From: Octopus sinensis
Lineage: Eukaryota
DNA: 64,000 nucleotides
NCBI RefSeq assembly: GCF_006345805.1
Contig: NC_043004.1
Coordinates: forward strand, 20,088,001-20,152,000
Direction: 5' to 3'
Shown here one piece after another: positions 1-13,615 of this stretch. Position numbers and translations under genes: made by a program. The notes under the pieces were generated by a model that was not told the DNA's origin, ran no database searches, and saw only the letters and a list, made by a program, of their open reading frames with translations. How positions within the stretch are numbered: the first letter of the stretch is position 1; each line of letters opens with the position of its first letter.

Positions 1-86
1 AATTTCCTAATTGATTAGCTTAATTAGATTAAATGAAGCGGCCTTTCAAAACAGTAAAAGTAAAAATTATAGCATATACTAAAAAT

Positions 87-165
<79 letters not shown>

Positions 166-2474
166 TAATCAAAATAGACATAAGTGTTCCATTTTGTAGG
201 TACATATGCATAGATAGCTATAGCCTGTCCATCATTACATACACACATGCATATATACATGTTATATTATATTATATAACACATAAATAGTCGCTGTTAT
301 CTTCTTAACCACTTGAAAAATACATGCATCAGCTTAAATATTATTTGAAAAATCCATTATTGTATAACAATCAATTAGCACACTGTTTTTTACTATATAT
401 ATATGTGTGTGTGTATGTGTGTGTGTATGTGTGTGTGTGTAATTTTTATCTGCAATGCTATAAGCGACTTTATTACCCCTTACAACAAATACTACTTGTT
501 TACCTGTTTCCGCTCCATCGGTTAACGGTTTTTACTTAAAATGAACATCCTTTTGTTTTTGAAAATTAACTGACCATCCTTACTTCAGAATTGGGGAGTA
601 GAGCATGTTTTCCATCTAGAAAACAAAATAAGCATATATAAAATTATTGATATTTTCGTTAATAATCTTCACCCATGTTATGTAGATGTGTCGGGCAGGA
701 AATTGCACCAACTTTTACGCTTTCTTTTGTAGAATTGTATTAGATTTGACTGCTGCTATTATCACTTACGCCAAATAGAAATATTTTGCCTCCCAGTTTA
801 ATTAATTTTCCGGTTTTGAAAAGACCCTCATTTAGTTTAATTATGTTAATGGATTAGGAAATTACCGATAAATAAATGATGGTTAACTGTTATCATTTAA
901 GTTTTGTAACTCCCGTTATTTTTACTTTTTACGTTTTAATTTTTACTTTATGACATAACCAAAGTACTCTCACATTTATATATTTAAATTACGCCCGCAG
1001 TAGGCTTCTCCAATCCGTAGATAGACATATACCACTAAATATAATAAGTATTCTAATTGTATAAGTTTACGGATTGATAGCATGTCACATCAGTTGGTAT
1101 ATCCTTATTTTCTCTTTTTCTCTTCTTTCTTTTTCTTTATTTTATCGCTCTGATGAAGTTCTACTATTTAAGTTGGTATAGTTAGTGTGTAATAATTAAG
1201 TCTAATTAAACCCAAAATTGCGCAAACAGAAACAGCTGTAAGATGAGATATTGTCTTTTTATAATCAATAAATAATAATTGAGGTTTATTAATTACCAAT
1301 TTTATCTCCATGTTAAAAATGAAAAAATAAATTATGAATGACATCTGTATGAGCTTGGATTATTGGATAGTGAGAGGGAGATTAGAGTTAGAAGGTTGTA
1401 AGATTAGAGGAAGCCATCTGAGGAAAACCTGTCAGCCCTGTGAGTCTCATATTATAATTGATGGCGGGGAGAGTTAAACACCAACTGGTTATATTGGTGA
1501 TAGCTATACAAAACATAGCAGTATAAAAGAATAATGGCACACTTGTGGAGAGCATATTAAATGGACCTAGCTTAACCCCTACTGTCATGATCCATCATTG
1601 ACTCAGGTCCGCCATATCAAGGCCATAATACACCGTGTTGGTTATGTTCGAAGGAATATTTACATATACTGCTACATAACTCAGCACAGTTATTAAATAA
1701 GCAGCATAAATCATTTTCCACCTGTGTCCATAAATATTTCAAAATAGTCGACCACACATCCAAAAGCGACATCACTACTACTTCTGTATAGCTGTCTAAC
1801 ACTTAACAATCACTGTTATAGCAATGTAGATGTGGCATTAGCTCACTTAATGAAATAAATACTTTTATCCTAACATTACATATTTCTGTTTTATTCGATA
1901 AACTTCTACTTTATCCTACTCCCCTAAGTCATATTCGATACGTCACTGACCTCATAATTTATGTAACGCCTCTTCACTTGCAGCACAATTATTATTAAAT
2001 AAGCACCATGAACCGTTCTCTTGTGTTCATAAATTCCCCATGGTTTTAGATTTCACCAAAATTCTGTGTATGTATGTTTACATGGGTGCATATATATGTA
2101 TAAACATCTAATATTTTCCCAATAATATGAAGTTCAGACTTGTTATTAGTTCACTTAAGTAAATTAGTGAACTTACCATCTTTATTATTATTATTTTTTG
2201 TTCACCCATACATTACTCTCCTCCATTATTTCCCATTTCTACGCCCCACTTAGCTCATAATTGATATAAAACCTATTATAAGTATATACTAGTTAAAACA
2301 AATTTATCAGATTTATTCTACTTTACCCCTTTACCTAACAAATTATTTAATTGATTAATTAATTACGCTTCTAACATTCATTATTAGTCTATTTACATCT
2401 TCCCCATACGATAATAAAATTCACTCAATTCGAGCACAGTGCTAACTTATATGTATACATCAGTGCATATATAA

Positions 2475-2527
<53 letters not shown>

Positions 2528-2544
2528 AATATAATATATATATA

Positions 2545-2582
<38 letters not shown>

Positions 2583-2593
<11 letters not shown>

Positions 2594-2787
2594 ATGCATG
2601 TGTGTGTGTATATGCGTGCGAGATATATGTAATATCCATATGCACATATATACGTATTTATATATACAGTGGTATCTGAGCGCGCGTATATTTCGAGTAT
2701 ACACGTGATACATCTCGATGTGATTTTATACGAGTACATGTCTGTGTATGTATGTTTGCATGAGTGCATATATATTTATATGTACAC

Positions 2788-2859
<72 letters not shown>

Positions 2860-3060
2860 GCATGTGTGTGTGTATATGCGTGCGAGATATATGTATATAT
2901 CCCTATGCACATATATACGTATTTATATATTCAGTGGTATCTGAGCGCGCGTATATTTCGAGTGTACACGTGATACATCTCGATGTGATTTTATACGAGT
3001 ACATGTCTGTGCATGCATGTTTGCATGAGTGCATATATATTTACATATGTACACGTATAT
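2583..3060. repeat. Two-copy tandem duplication (~270 bp period) bounded by (TA)n
   Basis: The ~205-bp unit containing CAGTGGTATCTGAGCGCGCGTATATTTCGAGT...CTCGATGTGATTTTATACGAGTACATGTC occurs at ~2583-2790 and ~2852-3060, separated by (TA)n. Confidence 0.9.
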
Positions 3061-3154
3061 ATATATATTATATATTATATATATATATATATAGTAAAAG
3101 CAATTAAGATTCAAGTGAGTTCTGTATATATATGCACATATATATATATATAAT

Positions 3155-3205
<51 letters not shown>

Positions 3206-4500
3206 TTCTCTCAACCCATATGTAATGTTGACCCTCAGTATACCTGTGACCCTGATGCACTTCTTATCCTTCCTCCACATTGTCATGTAATCTTTGAAGA
3301 CTTATATCTAACTCAATTTCTCTTCAAAGATGGAAGTAATAATTTCTATCAGCTTTCACCTTGGATTTTCCTTGATATTTCATCAATGGAACTGCTAGCG
3401 GATATTATCATTTCCTAGGGATCGTATTAATTCTTCGACCATAAAACTAAGAAGCAATACTATATTCTTTAAACTCTTTTAATCCCTGCTTAGTTACTCA
3501 ACGAACTGGTAACTACTAATATTCTTGTTTATAGATATTCTTTATATCTCTCTACGTGAAAATCCTTGCTAAATAATACTTGTTCCATATGCTTAGCTAT
3601 TCTATGAACAGCTGTAAGAGACTTTAACTATTTACTATTACTACTCCACTCTATGTTATGAATTATAAATTCAAGGCTCTAAAGTAGAGATTTTCAACCC
3701 CATTTGATCAATGGACTCCTTTAATTACTATCCTATTCTGGTGAAACTCAATAGTCATTCACTGTTTAACAGCTAATTTTATAGATACTTCTTTCTTTCA
3801 AAATTCTTATTTTGCTTTTCGTACATTTAACATGCGTAGACTGAAGTACATAAAACGTTCGAGAAGAAACCTGACTTTCTGTTGCAGTAAATATATGGAA
3901 AAAAAAACCCCCTTTTTTATGGACCCTTAAAATGCAACCATGCATCTCCAATTTACCATTTTGCTTGCATGCTCCCCGAAAAGTTAAATATGGACATCAA
4001 ATGAGAGCCACTCTTTTACTTGCGCATCCCTTTGGGAGTTATACAAATCTACAATATAGGATTTCTTCAATTACAATTTACCTTGCATTTTTAAGAGTAC
4101 AATGCATCGCGTCATGCCAGGTCCAGTTTTTAAAATTTAAAGTCCAATTAAGCAAAATTTACAGAAAACTCACATTCTGGTGTGTGTGTCAAATGCTTTT
4201 CTTAGTCTGGTTTACAGCACACGCAAACGCACACACACAGTGGGCAACGAATAAAATGAAAGTAATTGACTTATTGTAGTGAGTGATTCTTTCACTCTGC
4301 CTCCCACTTCCTCTTTCCACACATAGACACGCAAATATATAATAAAATTGTAAGCTAACGTGCGGTGTGTGAGTGGGTGTGTGTGGGTTGCGCGTGTGTG
4401 GTGTGTGAGGGTGCGTGTGTGTGTGTGTGTGCGTGTGCGTGAGTGTGTGACAGGAAAGTTTTTTACGACGAATATAACACCTATATCCAAGTAGCAGAAA

Positions 4501-4875
4501 GATAAGACAGTAAGGTGTGATTTGAGGGAGATTTGGCTGCTATTTCTACCCATGTGTCTAGCTGCCATGTAGGGGTCCCTCATAGGCTCATACATACATA
4601 TATACATAGATAAGACAGTAAGGTGTGATTGGGGAGAAATTTGGCTGCTATTTCTACCAGGTCTAGCTGCCATGTAGGGGTCTCCCTCATAGGCTCATAC
4701 ATACATATATACATAGATAAGACAGTAAGGTGTGATTTGGGGGAAATTTGGCTGCTATTTCTACCAGGTCTAGCTACCATGTAGAGGTCCCCCTCATTGG
4801 CTCATATATATATACATACATAAGACAGTAAGGTGTGATTTGAGGGAGATTTGGCTGCTGTTTCTACAGGTCTGT
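4501..4875. repeat. Minisatellite, ~107-bp unit, ~3.5 copies
   Basis: The unit ATAAGACAGTAAGGTGTGATT..ATTTGGCTGCTATTTCTAC..CTAGCTGCCATGTAG..GGCTCATACATAC starts at ~4501, 4609, 4716 and 4819. Confidence 0.92.
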
Positions 4876-5236
4876 TAGGCCTTCTCATGTAAACTCAAGC
4901 TTTCTCATGCCTTGAACATAAGACCAAAGCAGAGAATGTATTCTTTTATTCTTCTGCTTTTTCCAGCCATTGGTCTGTGGCCATGCTGGGGCAATGCCTT
5001 GAAGAATTGTAGTTTAATGAATCAACTCAAGTTTTATTTTTGTAAGCATTGTACTTATTCTATCTGTTTCCTTTGTCAAACCACTAGGTGACAGGGATGT
5101 AAACAACCAACATTCGTTGTCAAGCAGTGGTGGAGGACAATCACAAGCACAGACACGCACACACACACATACATGCATACACTATACACACATACATACA
5201 TACATACATATATATATAATGTGTGTATATATATAT

Positions 5237-5556
5237 ATTGCAGCGTGGAAGGTGTTTGTAAGCCATTTAAGAACACACACAAATCCGTTACATTCACTTC
5301 AACATTAAATTTAATTTGCCAAAATATTTTCGTCGCTTTCAGACCGCGACCTGTTCACTGACAAAAATATCGTGCTAACAGGTCGCGGTCTCAAAGCGAC
5401 GAAAATATTTTGAAAATTAAATTTAAATGTTGAAGTGAATCTAACGGTTTTTGTGTGTTCTTAAATGGCTTATAAACACCTTCAACGCTGCAACTGTTTT
5501 CGTTCCAGCACACGATCTCAGATCAAGTCACTTGCTATGCAAGTACATCTCTGTAA
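5237..5556. mobile_element. Foldback element, copy 1 (inverted arms carrying a hammerhead-like motif)
   Basis: Arm ~5237-5372 is the inverse of ~5377-5495. Same family as 6938-7308, 33934-34456 and 51429-54004. Confidence 0.8.
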
Positions 5557-5651
5557 CTATATATATTATATATATATATATATGTATATTGGTAAAAACA
5601 GTAAGATAACAAAAGAAAGAAAGAGACCTCAATATATGTAAATAGAGGAAA

Positions 5652-6040
5652 TCTATATATAAAAGTGAGGTTGTGTGTCTGTCTCCTACGATTTAGATTC
5701 CTAACTACTCCCACATTTTGCGGTGCAGTTTAACCAAAACCGGGTATCTTATAGTCGTGATTCATATCGAGACCGTCTGGGTATTAGCGCGTGTCTACGA
5801 TGAATCAACGATTAAAAAAAAAATTACCATCAATTTTTCCCATTTTTAATCCATTTTTGACATATATAAGGGAAGTAACTCTCTAGAATTTATTATTAAA
5901 TCTCAGAACGTAAAAAGCTACAGTAACACCCCTCCCCCTTTGTGGTTAGCCATATTGAGATGGCTATTATACTTTACATCTCTAAAAATGCTTATATAAT
6001 TATTTCCCTTACAAACCCGAGCAACGCCGGGCGATACTGC

Positions 6041-6043
<3 letters not shown>
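5652..6043 (+). mobile_element. Non-autonomous Helitron
   Basis: Starts A|TCTATATATAAAAG and ends with the hairpin CCCGAGCAACGCCGGG plus CGATACTGCTA(T), with the terminal G lost into (TA)n. Both ends are shared with the copies at 40052-41084. Confidence 0.8.
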
Positions 6044-6087
<44 letters not shown>

Positions 6088-6108
6088 AGTATGTATTATG
6101 TATATATG

Positions 6109-6155
<47 letters not shown>

Positions 6156-6206
6156 TATATATATATATATATACATACATTATACATATATATATATTAC
6201 ATATAT

Positions 6207-6263
<57 letters not shown>

Positions 6264-6316
6264 ATATATATATATATATGCGCAAGTAAAAGAGTGGCTC
6301 TCTTTGATGTCGATAT

Positions 6317-6351
<35 letters not shown>

Positions 6352-6937
6352 TGTGACGAGAGTGACGGCACCGCACTGCAAGAATAGACTTGACAGAACG
6401 ACTATAAATAGCAGCGGTCTGAGTAAGAGACAGAGCAGGCGTTATACTCAGGAAGTCGTAAGGTGTCGTTTTGGTAGTTGACGGAATATCGTTTGTTAGT
6501 TCGTTTATTATTCGTGTAGAATTTTGTTGGATTGTTATGTTGTTGTTACCCTGTTTTGTTATATATTTTATTGTTACTACACGGTTATAGTGTAAAGTAG
6601 CATCGTCATAAATAGTGGCGATACTATAAAAATAGGTGACTGGTAACTACGTTACAATAATATATATACTAGTAAGGTGTTGAGATGGTAGAATCTTTTG
6701 CACGCCGGGTAAAATGCTTAACAGCATTTCGTCCGTCTATTTTGAGATCAAATTCCACCGAGGTCGACTCTGCTTTCCATCATTTCGTTGTCGATAAAAG
6801 AAGTACCAGTTGAGCACTCGAGTCTATGTAATCGACATACCCATTAACTGAGTTTGCTGGTTCACCAAAGTTTGAAAGCAATACATACAATATTATATTA
6901 TATATATATATATATATATAATATATATATATATATA

Positions 6938-7005
6938 TTACGGAGAGTACTTGCATAGCAAGTGACTTTATCTGAGATCGTGTGCTGGCATGAAAACAAT
7001 TGCAA

Positions 7006-7040
<35 letters not shown>

Positions 7041-7306
7041 CAATTGCAACGTGGAAGGTGTTTATAAGCCATTTAAGAAACGCACAAAACCGTTAGATAC
7101 ATACACACACATACATATACATACGTACATATATATCATGAACTAACTGTTACTTTCTCAGATGCAGCACGAAGCTTTGTCAGTGAACAGGTCGCGGTCT
7201 CAAAGCGACGAAAATATTTTCACAAATTAAATTTAAATGTTGAAGTGAATCTAACGGTTTTATGTGTTTCTTAAATGGCTTATAAACACATTCCACACTG
7301 CAATTG

Positions 7307-7308
<2 letters not shown>
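6938..7308. mobile_element. Foldback element, copy 2
   Basis: Partial left arm, a (CATA)-type spacer, then a long right arm GAACTAACTGTTACTTTCTCAGATGCAGCACGAAGCTTTGTCAGTGAACAGGTCGC...GGCTTATAAACAC...CTGCAATTG. Confidence 0.8.
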
Positions 7309-7355
<47 letters not shown>

Positions 7356-7986
7356 ATATATATGTATACCAGCTCCACGTCGAACAACCTCTAGAGAGTT
7401 TTAACAGATAGCATCAACAGCAACTTGTTTTCAGTTGCAATTCAAGCCAGAGTTTTAGGGGTAAACCAAACCGAGCATTTAGATTACATACCTATTACAT
7501 TCAGTCATTAAATGAAAATCCTTTACATATATATGAAGACTGTGCGGTAAGAAGCTTACTTCCCATCCACATGGTTCTGAGTTCAGTCCCACTACGTGGC
7601 ACCTTCGCCAAATGTCTATTGTAGCTTCGAGCCGACCAAAGCCTTCTGAGTAGTTTTCGTTGATGGAAACTGAAAGAAACCCGTTGTATGTATATGTATA
7701 TATCTATGTGACTCAGTTTGTCACCCAACACGAACCTGAAAATCTGGAGCCGATTTGATCACATTCAAATGAGTGAAACAAGTACAAAAAAAATGATGAA
7801 AGTACAAGTTCACTTTATTGGTGCAGTCGTAGCTGTGTGGAAAGAAGCTTGCTCACAGATTAAACCCTGACATGGCACAGGCTTTAGTCTGTGAGATTTG
7901 GATGTATTCTACTATACTAATGCCTTTTGAGTGGATTTGGTAGACGGAAGCTGAAAGAAGCCCGCCATATATGTGTGTGTGTGTGT

Positions 7987-8029
<43 letters not shown>

Positions 8030-8232
8030 GCTTTATTTGTTTCAGTCATTTTACTGCGGCCATGCTGGAGCACCACCTTTAATCGAACTAATCAACCCAA
8101 GGACTTATTCTTTGTAAGCCTAGTACTTATTCCATCGGTCCTTTTTTAGCCGAACCGCTAAGCTACGAGGACGTAACACACCAACATCGGTTGTCAAGCG
8201 ATGGTGGGGGTGAGAAACACTGACACACAAGC

Positions 8233-8265
<33 letters not shown>

Positions 8266-8442
8266 CGTGTGTGTGTGTATGTATACGACAGGCTTCTTTC
8301 AGTTTCTGTCTACCAAACCCACTCACAAGGCTTTTGTCAAATCCGAGGCTATAGTAGAAGACACTTATCCAAGATACCACACAGTGAGACTGAACGCAGA
8401 ACCATGTGGTTAGTAAGCAAGCTACTTACCACACACCAATTC
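8030..8442 (-). mobile_element. tRNA-type SINE, near full length (dominant family 1)
   Basis: Minus strand: head ..GTGTGGTAAGTAGCTTGCTTACTAACCACATGGTTC.., body GACAACCGATGTTGGTG, 3' GGTGCTCCAGCATGGCCGCAGT..ATGACTGAAAC. Other copies or fragments at ~4950-5160, 7540-7700, 7825-7970, 8520-8720 and 50270-50640. Confidence 0.85.
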
Positions 8443-8443
8443 C

Positions 8444-8501
<58 letters not shown>

Positions 8502-9877
8502 CGTGTTTGTTCTTTTCTCCCTTCCCCTCACCACTTGACAATCATTGTTGGTGTGTTTATGTCCCCGTAGCCTAGTGTATCGGCCAAAAATCCCGACAGA
8601 ATAAGTTCTAGGTTTTAGAAAATAAGTCCTGGGGCCAATTCATTCGGCTAAAATCCTTCAAGATGGTACTCAAGCATGGTTGCAGTCATATGACTGAAAC
8701 AATTAAAAAAATGAAAGAATAAAAGAATATCGTTGGATGGTTTGTCTAAGTCATGACTGTCAGTATACATATTCACCATATGAATTCATCGCTGATTCAC
8801 CAAAATGCTAAAGTGAAAAGTATAAAATTACGAAGACAACTTTACGCATTATAAAACCAAAAAAAAAACCGAGCAATTCAGTTGTCTCTAATTGTGACTG
8901 ATGTTGCCGCGTTGCACCTACATTGCTAGAAACAAGTTATCACTCTTGTCAGTATATTAAAATGTGCTTTCTTGCAGATCTAAGGGTTTTAAACTCTTAT
9001 TTCTAGCTAGCCAGCACCTTCAGTCACAATTAGTTAGAACTGAATTGTTCCTCTTTGGTTTTACATAGCGTATGGCTGCCTTTGTTATTACATACATATA
9101 TACGTACATACATAAATGCATACATACATACATGATGGCTGCCCCCTCGTTATCGAGTATGGCCATTGCACGACGCTTAACTGTCATTGGTGCTGTGATC
9201 GAATGTGACTTTTTAGCCTAGCTAAAGATCTAACATACATACATACGTATATACATACATACATACATACATACATACATACATACATACATACATACAT
9301 ACATACATGCATACATACATATGTATAGTGTATATATACATTTGTGCGTGTGTATAGACGTGGTTACACGTGGTAGTGATTCGTTGTGTCTCTATACGGA
9401 TCACATTATTTTTCATTGTTTCAAGTCACAGAGAAATCATTGAACAAGATCACCTGGGCGAGCTAACTGTTATACCTGGCGGGTACTACTCGGAATAAAA
9501 ATATTGCATTTTGAAATAATATTTCATCATTTGATACGAGCTTTTTATAGTTTTATATGTAAGTGAAATCAGAGGAAACTGAATGGTATTTAGAGAGCGA
9601 GTTGAGATACGAAGAGTCTGAGTTGGAGAGTGTAATGTGGTGAGCAACAGAGGATGTGGTGAGCAACAGAGGATGTGTGTGTGTGTGTATGTATTATGTA
9701 TGGAGTGTGAGAGCGCGTGTGAGAGTTTCAGTACATTGAAGTGACAGAAAGAAAATGTGAATGTAGAAGCCAGAGGGTATGAATGTCAGCAGAAGTGGTG
9801 ATGTAAGTGAACGGAGAAGTGAAAGTGAGTGTGAAGGCAGGAATTTAAAATATGGGGTAAACTAGACAAAATGTATA

Positions 9878-9977
9878 NNNNNNNNNNNNNNNNNNNNNNN
9901 NNNNNNNNNNNNNNNNNNNNNNNNNNNNNNNNNNNNNNNNNNNNNNNNNNNNNNNNNNNNNNNNNNNNNNNNNNNNN
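9878..9977. other. Assembly gap (100 N)
   Basis: Run of exactly 100 N, typical of a placeholder for a gap of unknown size. Confidence 0.99.
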
Positions 9978-10584
9978 AGGAGAGCGACTGGGAATGAAGA
10001 AGTAATAAAGGGAAAAGCAAAGAGAAAGAGAGAGAGCGAGAGAGAGGAAGAGAGAGAGGAAGAAGGAGAAGCAGAGAGAGAAAGAGAAGAGAGAGAGAGA
10101 GAGAGAGAGAAGAGAGCAAGAGAGAGAAATATGGAGAGACAGTGCATAAATGAGAGAATATGTGGAATAGTTTGAAAGATTTCGATATACAATGTGGGTG
10201 AGCAAATAGAGAGATTAAGGTGTGCGTATGATAGAAAATGGATTGAGATGGAATGTGTGACAGATGTTTGTTTTGCATTCACACATACGCACACACGCAC
10301 ATCCATCCATCCATCCATATGTGTACATAGATAAATAGATATACATTTTATATATATATATATATAATATATTTAAACGTTTCATACGCATATCTATCCA
10401 TAAGTAATATGTGTGTGTGTATGTATATATATATATATATATAATATATATGTGTTGTGTGTGGTGTGTGTATGTATGTATATCGACATACATATAAATA
10501 GATACAGGTATATATAAATATATATATATATCGATATCTATCTATCATTATCTACATACAGACATGCATGTATATATAAATATA

Positions 10585-10629
<45 letters not shown>

Positions 10630-10750
10630 AAATATATGTATATATATGTACATATATATATATAATTTTAGGCATATCGCGTAATTAACACACACATATA
10701 CATATATGTATATATTATTTACATATATACATATATATTGTATATGTTTG

Positions 10751-10797
<47 letters not shown>

Positions 10798-11364
10798 TAT
10801 ATATATATATTATAATTATATGATTTTATATGCATATGTGCGTATTTAACACACAGAGAGAGGAACAAGAGGGCGATACATATATAGATTGATAGAGATA
10901 GATTGATAGAATGGGAGAGAGAGAGAGATTTATTCAGTTTGCATAAGTCATCACCGGAGAAACTTGGAAGTCACGTTCAATGCAATTATAATAAATACCA
11001 CAATCTGCACATTTACTAAAACCTTTTATTCAGTCACTTTTAGTCGATGTATTTAAATTGCTTAAATTTAACTCTGTGAGTTTGTGCTTGTGTTTGTGTG
11101 TGTGTGTAAGTTGTATGTGAGAAAAGAGCGATTGGCAGCATGCATTAAATAATGAGATATGGAATGCGTGTATATCATGCACAGTACCGTTGTGTATGAG
11201 ATACCGAGTGAGGAAGATACATAGAAAGAAGGATAGAGAACTGACAGAGAGGAAGGAGAATAAAGAGTGACAACAAGGTGAAACAATGAGAAGGTGAGAA
11301 ATGCCGGAATAAACTGAATTGATCATGCATATATCATGTCATACGTACCATATTTATCTGTCAA

Positions 11365-11372
11365 TTTACCTG

Positions 11373-11448
<76 letters not shown>

Positions 11449-11512
11449 CCTGTCTATCTGTCTATCTATCTATCTATCTATCTATTCATCCATCTATCTA
11501 TCTATCTATATA

Positions 11513-11567
<55 letters not shown>

Positions 11568-11580
11568 ATATCTACCTATC
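11365..11580. repeat. (ATCT)n microsatellite. Representative of dozens of (TA)n, (CA)n, (GA)n, (CATA)n and (GATA)n tracts
   Basis: Read directly. Similar tracts at ~14200-14265, 26040-26110, 27130-27220, 31080-31130 and 46310-46565. Confidence 0.97.
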
Positions 11581-11689
11581 AGTAAGTTAGCCTGTTTGCC
11601 TATCTGTCTGTCTGTCTGTCTGCTTATCTCTCTTCGTCTCTTTCTCTATATGTGTATGCGTGTGTGTGTGTATGTTGTTATACATACAA

Positions 11690-11731
<42 letters not shown>

Positions 11732-12240
11732 GTATACAAACCTTAGCGTACGCACACGTACGCACGTCATACACTACAGATTCATACACGTACCACAGAT
11801 ATATGAATTGTAATTAGCTGTAAAATAAACCGTTTAGATTTTTAAAGAGTGTACGTGAGTGTCGAGAAAGAGAAAGAGAGAGAGAGAGAAGGAGAGAGAA
11901 AGAGAGGAGTGAAGAGAGTGAGAGAAAGAGAGAAAACGAGAGAGAGAGAGGGAGAGTACGCGTGTCTATGTAAAAATATATACATATTTATCATTCCCAG
12001 CTGACGGAAGAGAAAGATAAAAAAAGAATAATAAAGGACTCGGACGTGTTTACATTTAGGAAAAAAAATATGATTTTAAAGTGACTCGAAGAAAAAATAA
12101 AAGTAAAATTAGGTTTTGATGCTGGAAAAATTATTGCGAGAAAGAAAGAAGAAAGAAGAAAGAGAGAGAGAGAGAGAGAGAGAGAAGTAAGAAGGGAAAA
12201 GTATAGATAGAAGAATGCGCGAGGGAGAGAGAGAGAGAGG

Positions 12241-12280
<40 letters not shown>

Positions 12281-12842
12281 AGGGTAACATCATAAAATAG
12301 AGATTGAGTGCCTGAGTGAAAGAAAGAGAGTAGTTTACGGAGTTGGTGACTGTTAACTGGCACTGTTTATTGTGATCTCCATAGCGGACGATATGAATTT
12401 GTTAGGTGCAGACGACAGGGAGTGATACAGAGAGATTAAGTGAAACGGTGGGGAAAAGGTGGGAGATCAATATTGGTCGAAGGATTATAAATATATGATT
12501 GAAGACAAAAATAAAGTAATTATAAACGAGAAATTTATAAGAAAATTGAATGAAAGTAAAAGATTTCAGTGAAATGAATAGCTTTTGCTGAAAAATATAA
12601 TTGATTAATAAATAATAGCGGCGTATAAAGGAATCATACACGAGAAAAGTTTGCATTTACAAAAGGAAAATACGGTTTTCGGAAGAAGGAATAAGAGAAG
12701 GAGTAAGAAAGGAGAGAAGGCGTGTGCATTTAATGTGCATGTTTATATTATTAATTAGTTATTATTCAGATTATTTAAATACCGCTTAATCTGAGTATCG
12801 AACAGAACGAAAAAGTAACGAAGTAAATAAAATAAATAAAAA

Positions 12843-13058
12843 ATGGTCGTTATAAGGAACTACCTGGCCATGTGGTTATTTGTTTTAATTGCAAATACCA
12901 TAACATCTGTTGAATCAAGAAAAATTTTGAACATCGCCGTGATTTTGCCGGACGACAATGCGTATCCCTTTTCTATTGATAGGGTGAAACCGGGCTTATC
13001 AATCGCTGTCAAGACTATCAAAACACTTGAACTCTTATCGGATAATTACGATTTACAT
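12843..13058 (+). CDS. First coding exon (72 codons) of a natriuretic-peptide-receptor / receptor guanylyl cyclase family protein (NPR1/NPR3-like extracellular ANF-receptor domain)
   Basis: ATG in AAAATGG context. Hydrophobic signal peptide (MWLFVLIANTITSVES) is followed by ILNIAVILPDDNAYPFSIDRVKPGLSIAV, resembling the NPR N-terminal motif AVxLPxxNxxYPxSxxRVxPAxxxA. Canonical donor CAT|GTAAGT at 13059 (phase 0); the listed ORF's tail beyond H72 is low-quality intronic read-through. Confidence 0.85.
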
Positions 13059-13174
13059 GTAAGTATTTTTTTTCTCTTTGTTGCATGCAACACTTTTCAT
13101 TCGTCTCATCTCATTGCCTTAATATAGCATACTATATTCTCAAAACAAATTTTCTATTTTCTCCTCTTTTTTCT

Positions 13175-13574
13175 TTATTCTTTCCTTCCTCTTCTTTCTT
13201 CTTTCTTTCTTTCTTTCCTTTTTCTCTTCTTTCTTTCTTCTTTCTTTTTCTTTTCTTTTCTTTTTTTCTTTCTTTTCTTTCTTTTGTTTCTTTTTTCTTT
13301 CTGTAATTCCTCTTCTCTCAGTTCTCTCTTTTTCTTTCCTAGCTTGCCATCCTTTCTTCCGTTCATTCGTTCCGTTCTTCGTTTGTTGCTCTTTTTTTCT
13401 TCTTTTCTTCTTTTCTTTTCTTATCTTCCCTTTCTTTCTTCTTCCTTCTTCACTTTCTTTGTATTTCCTTCTTCTTTCTTTCTTTCTTTCTTCTTTCGTA
13501 ATTCCTCTTCTCTCAGTATTTCTTTTTCTTTCTAGCTTGCCATCCTTCTGCCGTTTATTCGTTCGCTCTTTCTT

Positions 13575-13608
<34 letters not shown>

Positions 13609-13615
13609 ACTTTCT
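13175..13615. repeat. Pyrimidine-rich low-complexity tract with an internal ~195-bp duplication
   Basis: GTAATTCCTCTTCTCTCAGT...CTAGCTTGCCATCCTT occurs at ~13304 and ~13498. Confidence 0.8.

Noticed and set aside
4501-4875. CRISPR-like appearance of regularly spaced repeats
   Set aside because: The whole unit repeats with no unique spacers, there are no cas genes, and the context is eukaryotic.
13059-13127. C-terminal extension VSIFFLFVACN.. of the 94-aa ORF
   Set aside because: It begins exactly at a consensus GTAAGT donor followed by a T-run, so it is intronic read-through.
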